From NCBI GenBank assembly GCA_051313645.2, contig JBNRSN020000003.1, positions 155,186,001 to 155,250,000 of the forward strand: a stretch of 64,000 bases of DNA, written 5' to 3'. The position numbers were made by a program, and so were the translations under genes. Below are positions 36,255-48,729 of this stretch, one piece after another. A model generated the notes under the pieces. It did not search any database. It saw only the letters and a list, made by a program, of their open reading frames with translations, and was not told the origin of the DNA. Source of the DNA: Centroscyllium fabricii (taxonomy: Eukaryota). Position 1 is the first letter of the stretch, and every line of letters begins with the position of its first letter.

Positions 36255-37164
36255 GTCTTTTCAAAATTGAGATGACTCCAAGATGAGATGTCTGCCCTAA
36301 TGAAAAATTCTGCCAAGTCGGTGCTCAATGGCAGGCTCAGTAATCCAGTATCCGAATCAGGCAGGTCTACGGGTACTCTCGGGGTACTATTGATTCATCT
36401 GGCAGCTCGACTAATTACCAAAGTATGTGGGGTGGGTCTCACTGGAGGTTGGGATCATACCTGCTCCAAATTGCCCGAAAAGGCAATTTTCTAACGGTGG
36501 CTCTGGCTGATGAAACAAGAGTTCAGCAGTGCTTTATGCACTTTTAGTCCATTAAACTTCATGCAACACTCCTGTGCACACTTCAGCAGTACCCTTGTAA
36601 ATCCTTTGATTGGGGTTGCTAAGCTTTGGCTCTTGTCAACCTGTGCCTAAACTTTCTTGAGTTGGATAAGTTGTTAGGGGTGTGTCACAATGGGGAGAGA
36701 CCATGCACTCCATATTAGGCAAACCAAAACTTCACAGTTATGGAGCCTCTTAAACATGGTGATGGGTTCTGCGCCAGGTAACATCCAGATGACTGATGCG
36801 GAAGATGAACTACTGCCTTTGGTGGTACCACATTGCCCCCTTGGGAAATATCTCTCTCTGTATACCTTACCTGCTGCTTCCCCTGCCTTCCCTCCCTCCC
36901 CTCCAGTCCATTTGTGGCTTTTATGGACCTATTGCCAACATCACAAAAGCTTTATGACCAGAAAATGTTTAAATCCACGACATAAGGTTTCCTGAAATGG
37001 CTAGCTGGTTTAAGGTGGTGAGTAGCTGAGCTATGTACACCATAAAGGTCCCATATTTAGTTCCCCAGTCTGTGATGAGTTAGCAGACCAGCAGGAGCAT
37101 TACATACAATTGGCCTCCGCATCCCAGTTCAGCAGGGGAAAATAGGCCATGGTATCTGCTAATC

Positions 37165-40100
37165 ATAGAATCATAGAATCATAGAAATTTTTACAGTGCG
37201 GATAAGGGCCATTCGGCCCATCCAGTCCGCACCGGCCCAGGAATCTCCTCGCTATACTAACCCCATTTGCCCGCACTTGGCCCATAACCCTGTATGTTAT
37301 GGTCCTTCATGTGCTGGTCCAAATATTTTTTAAATGTTGCGATGGTTTCTGTTTCCACCACCCTTACAGGCAGGGAGTTCCAGACTTCCACCACCCTCTG
37401 GGTAAAGAAATTTCTCCTTACCTCCCCCCTAAACCTCCCTCCCCTAATCTTGAATCTATGTCCCCTAGTACTTGACTCTCCCACCAATGGAAACAATGCC
37501 CCTTTATCTACCCTATCGTGTCCTCTCATGATCTTGTAGACCTCAATCATGTCCCCCCTCCACCTTCTCTTCTCCAGGGCAAACAACCCCAGCCTGTCCA
37601 GCCTCTCTTCGTAGCATAAGTCCCCCAGACCAGGTATCATCCTGGTAAACCTTCTCTGCACCCTTTCCAGGGCAACCACGTCCTTCCTGAAGTGCGGTGA
37701 CCAGAACTGCACAGTACTCCAGCTGGGGTCTCACCAGTGTATTATACAGGTTTAACATTACCTCCCTACTTTTGTATACTATGCCCTGGTTAATAAAGGC
37801 CAGAATTCCGTATGCCTTCTTAACCACCTTGTTAACGTGTCCAGCAACCTTAAGGGAGCTGTGCACCTGTACCCCTAGGTCCCTCTGTTCCTCGGTCCTA
37901 TTTAACGTTTTGTTGTTCATGGTATATTCCCTTACCCCATTTGGTCTACCGAATTGAATGACCTTGCATTTCTCTGGGTTGAACTCCATTTGCCATTTTT
38001 CTGCCCAATTAACCATTAGATCTATATCCTCCTGAAGCCCCTTACTATCCTCATCGTTGTTTACCACCCTTCCGATTTTCGTATCATCAGCGAATTTGCT
38101 GATCATACCCCCTACTCCCATATCCAAATCGTTGATGTATACTAGAAACAGTAAGGGTCCCAAAACCGATCCCTGGGGGACACCACTGGTTACTGGTTTC
38201 CAGTCACAGAAGCAGCCCTCCACCATTACCCTCTGTCTCCTATCCCCCAGCCAATTTTCGATCCACTGTGCCAAGTTGCCCTGAATCCCGTGCGCTCTAA
38301 CCTTTGTTATTAGTCTCCTATGTGGGACTTTATCAAAAGCTTTGCTAAAGTCCATATACACTACGTCCACAGTACTCCCTTCATCCACCCTCTTTGTTAC
38401 CTCCTCAAAGAATTCCAACAGGTTAGTCAGGCACGACTTACCTTTGACGAAGCCATGCTGACTGTCCCTTATGAGACCTTGTTTGTCCAAATGCGAGCTG
38501 ATTTTGTCCCTCAGAATTTTTTCCATTACTTTCCCTACTACAGATGTAAGGCTGATTGGCCTATAGTTACCCGGTTTGTCCCTACTACCCTTTTTAAACA
38601 GGGGTACTACATTAGCCGTTCTCCAGTCCTCAGGTACATCCCCTGACGCGAGGGAGGTCCTGAAGATTTGAGACAGGGGGCCCGCAAGCTCTTCCCTGGC
38701 CTCGAACAGCAGCCTGGGGAACATTGCGTCCGGCCCTGGTGATTTGTCCACCTTTAAGCCTCCCAAGATTTCTAAAACTTCTTCCCTTGTAGTGGTAATA
38801 TCCTTGATTACCCCCCCTACACTCTGCCCGATTTCGATGTCGGTATCGTCCCTCTCTTTTGTGAATACTGAAGAGAAGAATTCATTTAGTACCTCCCCCA
38901 CCTCCTCAGGCTCGACGCACAGCTTTCCGCTATCGTCCTTAATGGGCCCCACTCTTTCCCTCGTGATCCTTTTGTTTTTTATATAACCATAAAAAGCCTT
39001 AGGGTTTTCCTTGATTTTACTGGCCATTGTAATCTCATGACCTCTCTTGGCTTTTCTTATCTCCTTCTTTAAATCACCCCTATATTTCTTATACTCCCCT
39101 AGTGCCTCCTCGGTTTTTAGCCGTTTATATTCATTGAAAGCCCCCCTTTTTTTCTTCATTAATTTACATATATCCCTAGACATCCAAGGTTCCCTTTGTT
39201 TGCCTCCCCCACCCTTAATTTTTGCAGGAACATGTTCCTCCTGTATCTTCCCGACTTCCCTTCTGAAGGCCTCCCACTGCTCTGATGCAGATCTTCCTCT
39301 GAGAAGATGGCCCCAGTCTACTGCGGCTAAATCGTTCCTAATTTTATTGAAATCCGCCTTCCCCCAGTTTAGTACTTTTACCCCTGGTCCATTTTTATCT
39401 TTCTCCATTACAATTTTGAAACTAACTGAATTGTGGTCGCTATCCCCGAAGTGCTCCCCCACTGTTACCTCCTCAATCTGACCGTCCTCGTTCCCAAGTA
39501 TTAGGTCTAGTACCGCCCCCCCCCTTGTAGGTGACCCAACATATTGTTTCAAAAAATTTTCTTGGCTGCATTGTAAAAATGCTGAACCTTCCGTGCCCCT
39601 CACACTTTGATTCTCCCAGTTGATATTGGGGAAATTGAAGTCCCCTAATATTGTTACTTTATTATTTTCACTTATCTTCGTGATTTGTTCACATATCTTA
39701 TCCTCTACCTCCCCTTTACTGTTTGGTGGTCTATAATATACTCCCAGTAAGGTGCCCCCCCCTTTTTATTTTTTACCTCCACCCATAGTGCCTCGTTTGA
39801 GGATTCGTCCATTAGGTCGACCCGCCTAATGGCTGTGATTGAATCCTTAATCAGTATCGCTACCCCCCCTCCCCTTTTTCCCTCGTCTCTGTCCCGCCTG
39901 AAAATTCTATACCCCGGAATGTTTAGCTGCCATTCTTGCCCCTCTTTCAGCCACGTCTCCGTGATAGCTACTATATCATATTCCCATGAGTCAACCAATA
40001 CCTTTAACTCATCCACTTTGTTAGTCAGACTCCTTGCGTTAAAGTATATGCCTTTCATTCTCTGTCCTAAAACTACCTTGTTTTGCTGTCTAGTCTGCTT

Positions 40101-40238
40101 TCCTTTATTAGGTTGTGTTCCCCTATCCATTATACCTTCCATCTGGGTCCCCTCCCCCTGCCAAATTAGTTTAAACCCACCCCAACCCGGCTAGCAAACC
40201 TTCCCGCAAGGATATTGGTCCCCTTCTGGTTCAGGTGC
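37165..40238 (-). mobile_element. CR1 LINE, near-complete ORF2 plus ORF1 3' end, frameshifted
   Basis: ORF1 esterase end LHLNQKGTNILAGRF; APE YFNARSL/ITETWL (39705-40142); RT 37543-39603 (YMDFSKAFDKV, PQGSVLGP, FADD); (ATTCTATG)n tail. Confidence 0.95.
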
Positions 40239-40639
40239 AATCCAGTAACATCTACTGGACATGTGCACATATGAACAGCTGGTGTAGACAGTACTGAGCT
40301 CAATGTGATGTCCTCTGATTGCATATCCTTTTGACGCAGCATCCCGGCTCTTGTATGGAGCATGGTCATTTGAACAAGTTGCCGGAAGGCTGCTGATCCA
40401 TATCTCCCAGTCAGTAAGACAAAGCTGGAGAATGACATCCGTGCAGCCTGGTGCTTGAATTGAATTCAGAGATCAGCTGACCATTTTGTAAGATGCAGGA
40501 GCAGAAGAAACGCTGATGTCTTTATGGTACTGTCAACTTTTTGATACTTTAACTATTTTAGCATATGCAGAAAAAAGACACTTGTTTTGAACGCTTAGGA
40601 GTTTTGTTAATTTACAAAAAAGAAATTTTACTATAGGGA

Positions 40640-41052
40640 CTGCAGTTATGAGGAGAGGTTAGATAAGTTAGGGCTGTTCTAGAACAGTGAAGGTTAAGAG
40701 ATGACCTAATGGAGGTTTTCAAGATGATGAGTGGTTTTGTTAGAGTAGATAGAGAAAAACAATTCCCTCTGGTGAGTGGGTCAATTAAAGTCATTGGCAA
40801 AAGATCTAGAGGGGAGAGGAGGAGAACTTTCACCGAGTGTCGTCAGGATCTGGAACGCTCTACCTGAAAAGGTGGTGGAAGCAGATTCCATAAATAATTT
40901 TAAAACCAAGTTGGACAGGTACTTGAGGATGAGCAACTTGCAGGGTTACGGACAAAACGCGGGATGTGGGACTAAGCACGACTGCTCTTTCAGAGAGCCA
41001 GCGCAGGCACGATGGGCTGAATGGCCTCCTGTGCTGTAAGTTTCTATGATCT
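40640..41052 (+). mobile_element. CR1 3' fragment
   Basis: VVRIWNALPEKVVEAD..FKTKLD and a GATGGGCTGAATGGCCTCCT tail. Confidence 0.8.
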
Positions 41053-42474
41053 ATGAATGTCTGGTGTTCGAATAGTCTAAGAGTTTGAAATAATAAGCCT
41101 ATTCTAAATTGCAATACAATTCTTGTGTGGTAAAACATTCTGGAAGATATCTTGCACTGTCTGTTGGCATTTGTCAGTGCTGCAAGTCCAGTGTAAATTT
41201 ATGTAGCTGATATGCATGTTACAGCAGTTAATAGTGAAATTGCTTTCTTTTTTGACTATTAATTATTGGGTTTTTGTAATGTGACAAATGCAGTCGCGCT
41301 CGAGGTATTCATAATTACTGTTAAAATGTCAGACTGAGAGCTGTGTTGCTGTTTTTAGTTGTCTGCTTTAGTCTTGCAGTTGCATGTTGAGTATAAACAC
41401 AGCAAATAATTTAAGCTTGGCTGAAAAACTCTAGGTCAGTGCTCTAAGCTGTTAATTAATAAGAATCGAAGCAAGAATACAAAATGTCATGTACTCGTTC
41501 ATCATGTAAAATGCAGCAGAATTCCTTCATGTTAATTCTAATGATTCTCAAAAGGAGGAAAGTACTTCAGTAAGGGGCTTGCCAAGCTTGCCATTTGTGA
41601 ATAAATCAAAAGGCCATCATCGCTGTAGCAGGAACTGATGAATGGAATTGCTTTGTCATTCTTTTGATAGGCCCTGCTCTTAAGCTTGCTATTAAAAATG
41701 AATGCAAACATTCTGGCATGTTTCAAGAGCTCTGCATTAGGAACATAAACAATGAAGGGCACTTGAGATGCTGGGCTAAGAGCTGCCAGACAGATACAAG
41801 AGCTTCCTCTTGTCAATGGGCTTGCAATCTGCCTTGAGAGTGAAGGCAGGCAATGCAGTTAGTGCTTCCAAACCTGGCCATGCAGCTTTCAAAAGAAAGT
41901 TTATATCTGTAAAGGAAAGAAAAACATTTTGAACAAAGTGGTTGGAATCTTGAACTAGTGTTCAAATGTTATGTTTTTAAAATGCCTTTTAATATTTTCA
42001 GTGATTCCTTCTCCACCACCACCTCCCAAAGTGTGCCTTTACATGTATATCTCCTTTTTTAATCGTGCAGGCAAATCCCTCAACCACTTGTTCCTGTGAA
42101 ATAGCTGTGAAGTGGGTGATTAATTTTTATGTTGGTCAACGTTGCAACTGGAAGCTTCTACCACATGTTGGGCAGTGACCATTTAAAATGTTTGTTTGAA
42201 TAGAAAAACTTTTTTTTTGGTGGGGGGGAATGAAGGGAGAAAGAGTTGCGATATTATGAAAACCTTTGAAACATGATTTGCATCTTGAGTGGATTGATCA
42301 AATAAATCACAAGTGAGAGATGGCACAACCAAATCTAGATTCTTTTCCTGTATTTTTTTCATAATTCATTGTTAAGTTTAAGAAGCACTAAGAAAGAAAG
42401 AACATGCATTTATTTATACAGTGCCTTTCATGACCTTTGTTCCAAAGCGCTTAACAGCCAACAAAGTACTTGTG

Positions 42475-43052
42475 AACATAAGAACATAAGAGCAGGAGTA
42501 GGCCAATCGGCCCCTCGAGCCTGCTCCGCCATTCAACAAGATCATGGCTGATCTGATCCTAACCTCAATTTTATTTTTACTCTCCACCCCGCCCAGACCA
42601 ATGTGATCACCTGGGAGAGGTGAAAAACCAGATTTTTAAAAAAAGTAGCCAATTTTGGAGGAAAAAAAATCAGGAAAATTCCTCTCCGACCCATCTAGGC
42701 GATCAAAAACTGGTCCAGGAGATCACATGGCCGATCTGAACCTAGCCTCACGTCCACTTACCAGCCCGTTCACCATAACCCCTAATTCCCTTTAATTCCA
42801 GGAAACTGTCTTATCTCAGTTTTAAATTTATTCAACGTAGTAGCTTCTACAGCTCTCTGGGGCAGCAAATTCCACAGCCGCACCACCCTCTGAGTAAAGA
42901 AGTTCCCCCTCATCTCAGTTTTGAAATGGGAGCCCCTTATTTTAAGATTATGCCCCCTAGTCCTAGTCTCACCCACCATTGGGAACATCCTCACCGCATC
43001 CACCCGATCAAGCCCTCTCACAATCTTATATATTTCAATAAGATCGCCTCTC
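42475..43052 (-). mobile_element. CR1 3' fragment
   Basis: RGDLIEIYKI...TRGHNLK...FFTQRVVRLWNLLP; (AACATAAG) tail. Confidence 0.88.
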
Positions 43053-43148
43053 TGAAGTGCAGTCACTATTGTAGAATAGGAAACGTGGCAGCACAGTGAA
43101 GTTTCACAAATAGCAATGCGATAATTACCAGATAATCCTTTTTTTGTA

Positions 43149-43873
43149 CAAGTACACAATCCTTTATCTGAAAACCTCTGGACCGGACGGTTCTCGGATA
43201 ATTTCGGTTTTCGGAATGGTTGCATTAAGATACGTTTTTCTGCAGCGAATCTTGTAAATACAGGTTGAACACCGTTAATCCGTTAACCGTTAAGCCGGCA
43301 GCTTCAGTCATCCGGCATAAATTGCCCCGACTGCCCTGCGCAAAATGGCCGCCGTGATTGATGCTTGTTGGAGCTTGCCTGCCTATGGTCGGGTGGTGTG
43401 CGAGGTGGGCTGTAATTGGTGAAATTTGCCTGCCTGGTGGTCAAGTGGTGTGTGAGGCGCAGCCCGGGGCTGTGATTGGTGGTCTGGGGGTCAGGTGGTG
43501 TATGAGGAGTAGCTCAGGACTGTGATTGGTGGAATCTGCCTGTCTAGGATCAGGTGGTGTGTGAGCTGGGCTGTGATTGGTTGAGCTTGCCTGTCTAGGA
43601 TCAGGTGGTGTGAGCACGGGGGCTGTGATTGGCTGCAGCCGCTGAGTTTAAACTTCTGGCGGCCATTTTGAATGATCTGAAAAGTGGGTCAGTCTGCTGC
43701 TCTTAGGCATTTTTCAACAAAATAACTGCGCAAATTCGCAAAAATATCGGAGATCAGCGGTCAGATACTGATGCCTCTGACCTGCGTGGGTCACGTCTGG
43801 TCATTTTTCGCGCGCAATGCGGGTCATTTGAAATTTCGGTTTTCGGAGTCATGGATAAAGGATTGTGTACCTG
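43149..43873. mobile_element. pogo/Tigger-type MITE (CAGGTACACAATCC ends) carrying a truncated CAGGTTGAACACC MITE from 43261
   Basis: TIRs CAAGTACACAATCCTTTATC / GATAAAGGATTGTGTACCTG; second TA-CAGGTTGAACACCGTT end at 43261; degenerate ~50-bp tandem repeats 43370-43635. Confidence 0.78.
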
Positions 43874-43900
43874 GAATAATGTTGGTTGAGTGATTAAATA

Positions 43901-44587
43901 CAGGTTGAAGTTCGTTAATCTGGCAGGGTCGGGACCAGCACCCTGCAGGATTGTTGAAAACGCCGAATTATTGAAGCCACAGCGGCGCATGCGCAGAGCA
44001 ATCAAAATGGCTGCCGCAAAATTTTAAAAGCTCTGCACATACGCTCGGTGGTACCTGGAAGTTGATTTCGGCCTAAGGGTCGGGTGGAACTCGCACTGGA
44101 TTCTGCTGCGGATCAGAGAGCAGACTGCACGGCTCCACCAATGCGTGGCTCAAGCCCGGCTCACGTGACGCCACTGCATGCCAGCTTCGGAATGTGGTGA
44201 TGTCAGCACGCAGCCATCGATTCTGCTGCGGATCAGGGAGCGGCCTGCACGGCTCCAGCGGGCCTGAGGCCCAATGTGCGGCTCAAGTTCGGAACGCGGT
44301 GACATCAGCACGCAGCCAGGCAGGAGCCTCCGGCAGCGATGGGCACCGATAATTGCCTGTATCGCGTCCTGCGAAAGGCGCCTGGCACAACAGCTCCTCA
44401 TCTGGGCCTGGAATTCACCATCGGCACCGGGGTAGTCACTAAGCCGGGATCCAGTGAGTATATGTTAGGTGAAAGGGAAGCCCTGCACCGATGGTGGCCA
44501 TTTTGAATTGTCTGCAGTCGGGGAAATCTGTTCCGAACGACTGAAGCTGCTGGTTTTTCGGGTGCCAGATTAACTAACTTCAATCTG
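43901..44587. mobile_element. pogo/Tigger-type MITE
   Basis: 25-bp TIRs CAGGTTGAAGTTCGTTAATCTGGCA, TA on both sides; internal ~120-bp duplication (44099 / 44219). Confidence 0.88.
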
Positions 44588-46597
44588 TATTGGTCAGGAT
44601 ATTGGGAGAACTCCCCTGCTGTTTTTCAAATAGTGCCATGGGATCTTTTTATGTCCACTTAAGAAACCGAGGCTCCATCTGCCCTAATGTCTCCTCCGAA
44701 AGACTGTGCAGCACTCCCTCAGTACTGCACTGGTATGTCCGCCTAGATTCTGTGCTCCAGTCTGGAGTGCGACTTGAACCCACAAACTCATGATCAGTGA
44801 CGGAAGTGCTACCACTGACCCACAGCTGACCCCATTTATATAGTTTGGTTCCAGGGCATTTGGAGGAAGACTGACTGCTAATTTGTACGCATTTTAGAAT
44901 GTTTCAAAATTTGATATATACAAAAGAAAGTTGCAGTGATGATTATTTATGCAAATTATTCCAGTATTGGTAAATTGAGCAAAAATATGATTCATTGTTT
45001 GCTGAAAAGCTCAATGTTCTTGTGCTACAAAGAGGACATGCAAAGCCGCCGCAACTATGTAGCACTTCCCTGATGATGTACCACGTGGTAGTGAATAGCC
45101 CACAATACCATGTCACCTTGCCCACAATAGAATGTCACTCCCTTCAAAAATGAATGACGAGGGGAGTGTGAGGGGAAAAATGCAAAAATCACACTGCGAG
45201 TGACCCAGCCAGACAATCCCAGGCTATGACCTGTGTGCAAAGATCTGGACATCAGACCCATTCGTCACCCAGTTATCCAGACACGATTTAGCATCATAAT
45301 CGTACTAATATGCTTTAGGAAAAATTGCACTTTAGTGACTATGCACTAATGTTGTTGGTCTTAATTCATCACTTCAAATTGTTACGCCTACCAGAGATGG
45401 ACCTTTAATCACCAACACTCTACCCTGTTTTTGCATAGCTCAAAGTGGGCAATAAGAAGTTATCACCATACCTGAATAAAGTGCAACAGTGGTGTGTGTA
45501 GCCTGTTGCATATTTCTCCCTTTACCTTTCTCCTCTCTGTGAAGATCTTAATCAGTTTATTTTAAGATAACAAAATCCTCTTGCAGCAGCTTGGTGACTT
45601 CCAATATGCAGTTTTTAAATGAAATGTTAGCTATAATTGGTTCATTTGTGCACCACTCCTCTTCACCAGTTGTGTATCTATCACAATTAGGCTTTTAAAT
45701 GCCTCATGACAACACTGGACTGTTTTGGACAAGGAGTTGGCATTCCCAGCATCATTGAACTCCAATGTTAGCACTGTAATTACCTAGACTTTTTTTTATT
45801 TAACAAGGTTAGAATTTAAAGCCTTTGTTATGCTGGATTCCACTTTCTGTAGCCCTCATATCTGAATTTCTTTTAATACACAACTTTTTCTTCTGGGGTA
45901 ACATGGTAAAGGCCAACTGCACTTTAATTAGAACTATTCCAACTCACCAACCAAGCCAACTCCTTCACAAGGGCTAGATCATGCTCTTTCCAACAAGTTA
46001 CTGGCAGATTGCATCTAACTCCGAGTTGCATGATCTATACCGCTTTCTGTGCATTGGGTATTACCGCCACCGTGCTCAGTGAACTGACTATCCTCATTCC
46101 CAAGAGCTCTGTGCACCCTGAAAATTGCAGATTCAACACCCACCATGTGACCCATATTTGTTTGCTTAGCAAGCAGCACCCAAGTAAATTTTAAAAAGGT
46201 CTTGGAACATAACACTGCATCAGACATTACATAAACTCTTCCAGTTTTACTACCAAATATCACGTGCAGAAACTGCTGTCAGACTGGCAATGGGGGTGCC
46301 GGTGGCAGTTTTGAAAGGGAGAAGGTCAGTACCTGAGGGCCTGGAACAATTTACAATGGGGGCCAGGAAGGTAAACTAGATAGTCAGCAATTGCATGGGA
46401 ATGGGTTCCATGACCTCATGATAGATATATGAAATTACTTCCTGATGTGATGGTTTTCCCTTTTTAAAAAAAACCAAGTTGCAACAGAAAACCTAATTAC
46501 TTATTGTAGCCAAATTGTTAAAATGAAGAGGATTTGTCTTGTGTGCTTGCCCTCTTCTACGTTCCATGAAAGCTGTAAGAGATTTCATGTTGCAAGT

Positions 46598-47940
46598 ACC
46601 AATTACCGCCCCATCAGTCTACTCTCAATCATCAGCAAAGTGATGGAAGGCGTTATCGACAGTGCTGTCAAGCAGCATTTACTCACCAATAATCTGCTCA
46701 CTGATGCCCAGTTTGGGTTCTGCCAGGACCACTTGGCTCCAGACCTCATTACAGCCTTGGTCCAAACATGGACAAAAGAGCTGAATTCCAGAGGTGAGGT
46801 GAGAGTGACTGCCCTTGACATCAAGGCAGCATTTGACCTAGTGTGGCCTGAAGGAGCCCCATTAAAACTGAAGTCAGTGGGAATCGGTGGCGGGGGAGGG
46901 GGGGACGCTCCACTGGCTGGAGTCATACCTAGCACAAAAGAAGATGGTGGTGGTGATTGAAGGTTAATCATCACTGCCCAAGGACATCGCTGCAGGAGTT
47001 CCTCAGGGCAGTGTCCTAGGCCCAATCATCTTAAGCTGCTTCATCAATGACCTTCCCTCCAACATAAGGTCAGAAATGGGAATGTTCGCTGATGACTGCA
47101 CAGTGTTCAGTGTCATTCACAACTCCTCAGATAATGAAGCAGTCCATGCCTGCATGTAGCAAGACCTGGACGACATTCAGGTTTGGGCTGATAAGTGGCA
47201 GATAACATTCGCGCCACACAAGTGTTCGGCAATGAGTATCTGCAACAAGCGAGTGTCTAACCACGACATTCAACGGCATTACCATCGCCAAATCCTCCAC
47301 CATCAACATCCTGGGGGGGGGTTACCATTGACCAGAAACTAAACTGGACCAGCCACATAAATACTGTGGCAACAAGAGCAGGTCAGAGGCTAGGTATTCT
47401 ACGGCGAGTGTCTCCCCTCCTGACTCCCCAAAGCCTTTCCATCTACAAAGCACAAGTAAGGAGTGTGATGGAATACTCTCCACTTGCCTGGATGAGTGCA
47501 GCTCCTCCGACACTCAAGAAACGCAACACCATCCAGGACAAAGCAGCCTGCTTGATTGGCACCCCATCCACCACCTTAAACATTCATTACCTCCACCACC
47601 GGCGTACCGTGGCTGCAGTGTGTACCATCTGCAGCACCTCCCAAACCAGTGTCCTCTTCCACCTAGAAGGGCAAGGGCAGCAGACGCATGGGAACTCCAC
47701 CACCTGCCAGTTCCCCTCCAAGTCCCACACCATCCTGACCTGGAAGTATATCCCCGATCCTTCATCGCTGGGTCAAAATCCTGGAACTCCCTTCCTAAAA
47801 GCACTGTGGGAGTACCACCATCACCACACAAACTGCAGTGGTTCAAGAAGGCAGCTCACCACCACCTTCTCCAGGGCAATTAGGGATGGGCAGTAAATGC
47901 TGGCTTTGCCAGCGACACCCACATCCCACAAACCATAATA
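46598..47940 (+). mobile_element. CR1/L2-group LINE, 5'-truncated
   Basis: NYRPISLLSIISKVME, LDIKAAFD, VPQGSVLGP, FADD, YKAQVRSVMEY. Confidence 0.88.
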
Positions 47941-48729
47941 AAGAAATCCCATGAACTTCAACTTTAGCTAAGTTTTTTATGAGGGACTTTTCAGCCCTTG
48001 TATGGCAAGAACCTGAGTGCATTTCAGCTTCTTATAATGGCCCCACCTCCGTGCTGTAGAGCTCGATGAGCACATTTCCTGCAATTCTGCTACTTTGAAA
48101 TAATTGCACCCAGAAGTTTGGATGCAGCAGGAAACAGTCATTGTTTTATTGTGAAAACCCTCAGGCTTGCATTGTATTTTCTGTTTCTTTGAATGCATTT
48201 TTGTGGCATCAGTATGAGTCGCATTAAAAATTGAAAAGCTTCTATAATTGCATGTTCTTAAATGTGTTGTACCTAATGTGTATGAATAATTGGATGGCTT
48301 GAAACTTTTACATTCATACTTAAAAAAAGGAAAGTAGTATATGACATGAGTTGCATGTTCCCTTGAGGTCGATTTGTTTGTGCTTCTTTATGCCTATTTT
48401 TACTTTGAGATGGGCAGGAAACTTAGGCCATGGCAGATTTCAGGCATAACTTCCCATTGCACTCCCACCGACCGTTCCACCCCTTTAAACTTCAAACTTC
48501 ATATTAAACATTGGCAAGTACAAAATGTATCAAAGTATTGTAGCAGAGATTGGACTAAGCAACACACTTAGTTCACCATTGGCTGCACCATGCTGCAGCT
48601 TCTGGCAGCCCCTTATTGCAGCAACAGCGTTGTAATACAAGTGATTTCCTCCAACCTCTGAGGCAGTAATTCAGCATGACTACCAGCATTGCAGTCTGTC
48701 ATCCTTTCTGGTTGTAGGTGGGCTGAGTT

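Larger units (their letters stand above)
42393..44830 (-). mobile_element. DeuSINE (SacSINE1/AmnSINE-like) fragmented by four insertions
   Basis: Pieces 42393-42474, 43053-43146, 43874-43900 and 44588-44830 join into one element (tail GCATTTATATAGCGCC-like, head CTGGAGTGCGACTTGAACCCAC). Other copies at ~50905-51430 and ~56780-56960. Confidence 0.7.

Noticed and set aside
37543-39603. 686-aa RT ORF as an active LINE
   Set aside because: Frameshifts at both ends of this ORF; most of ORF1 and the 5' UTR are missing.
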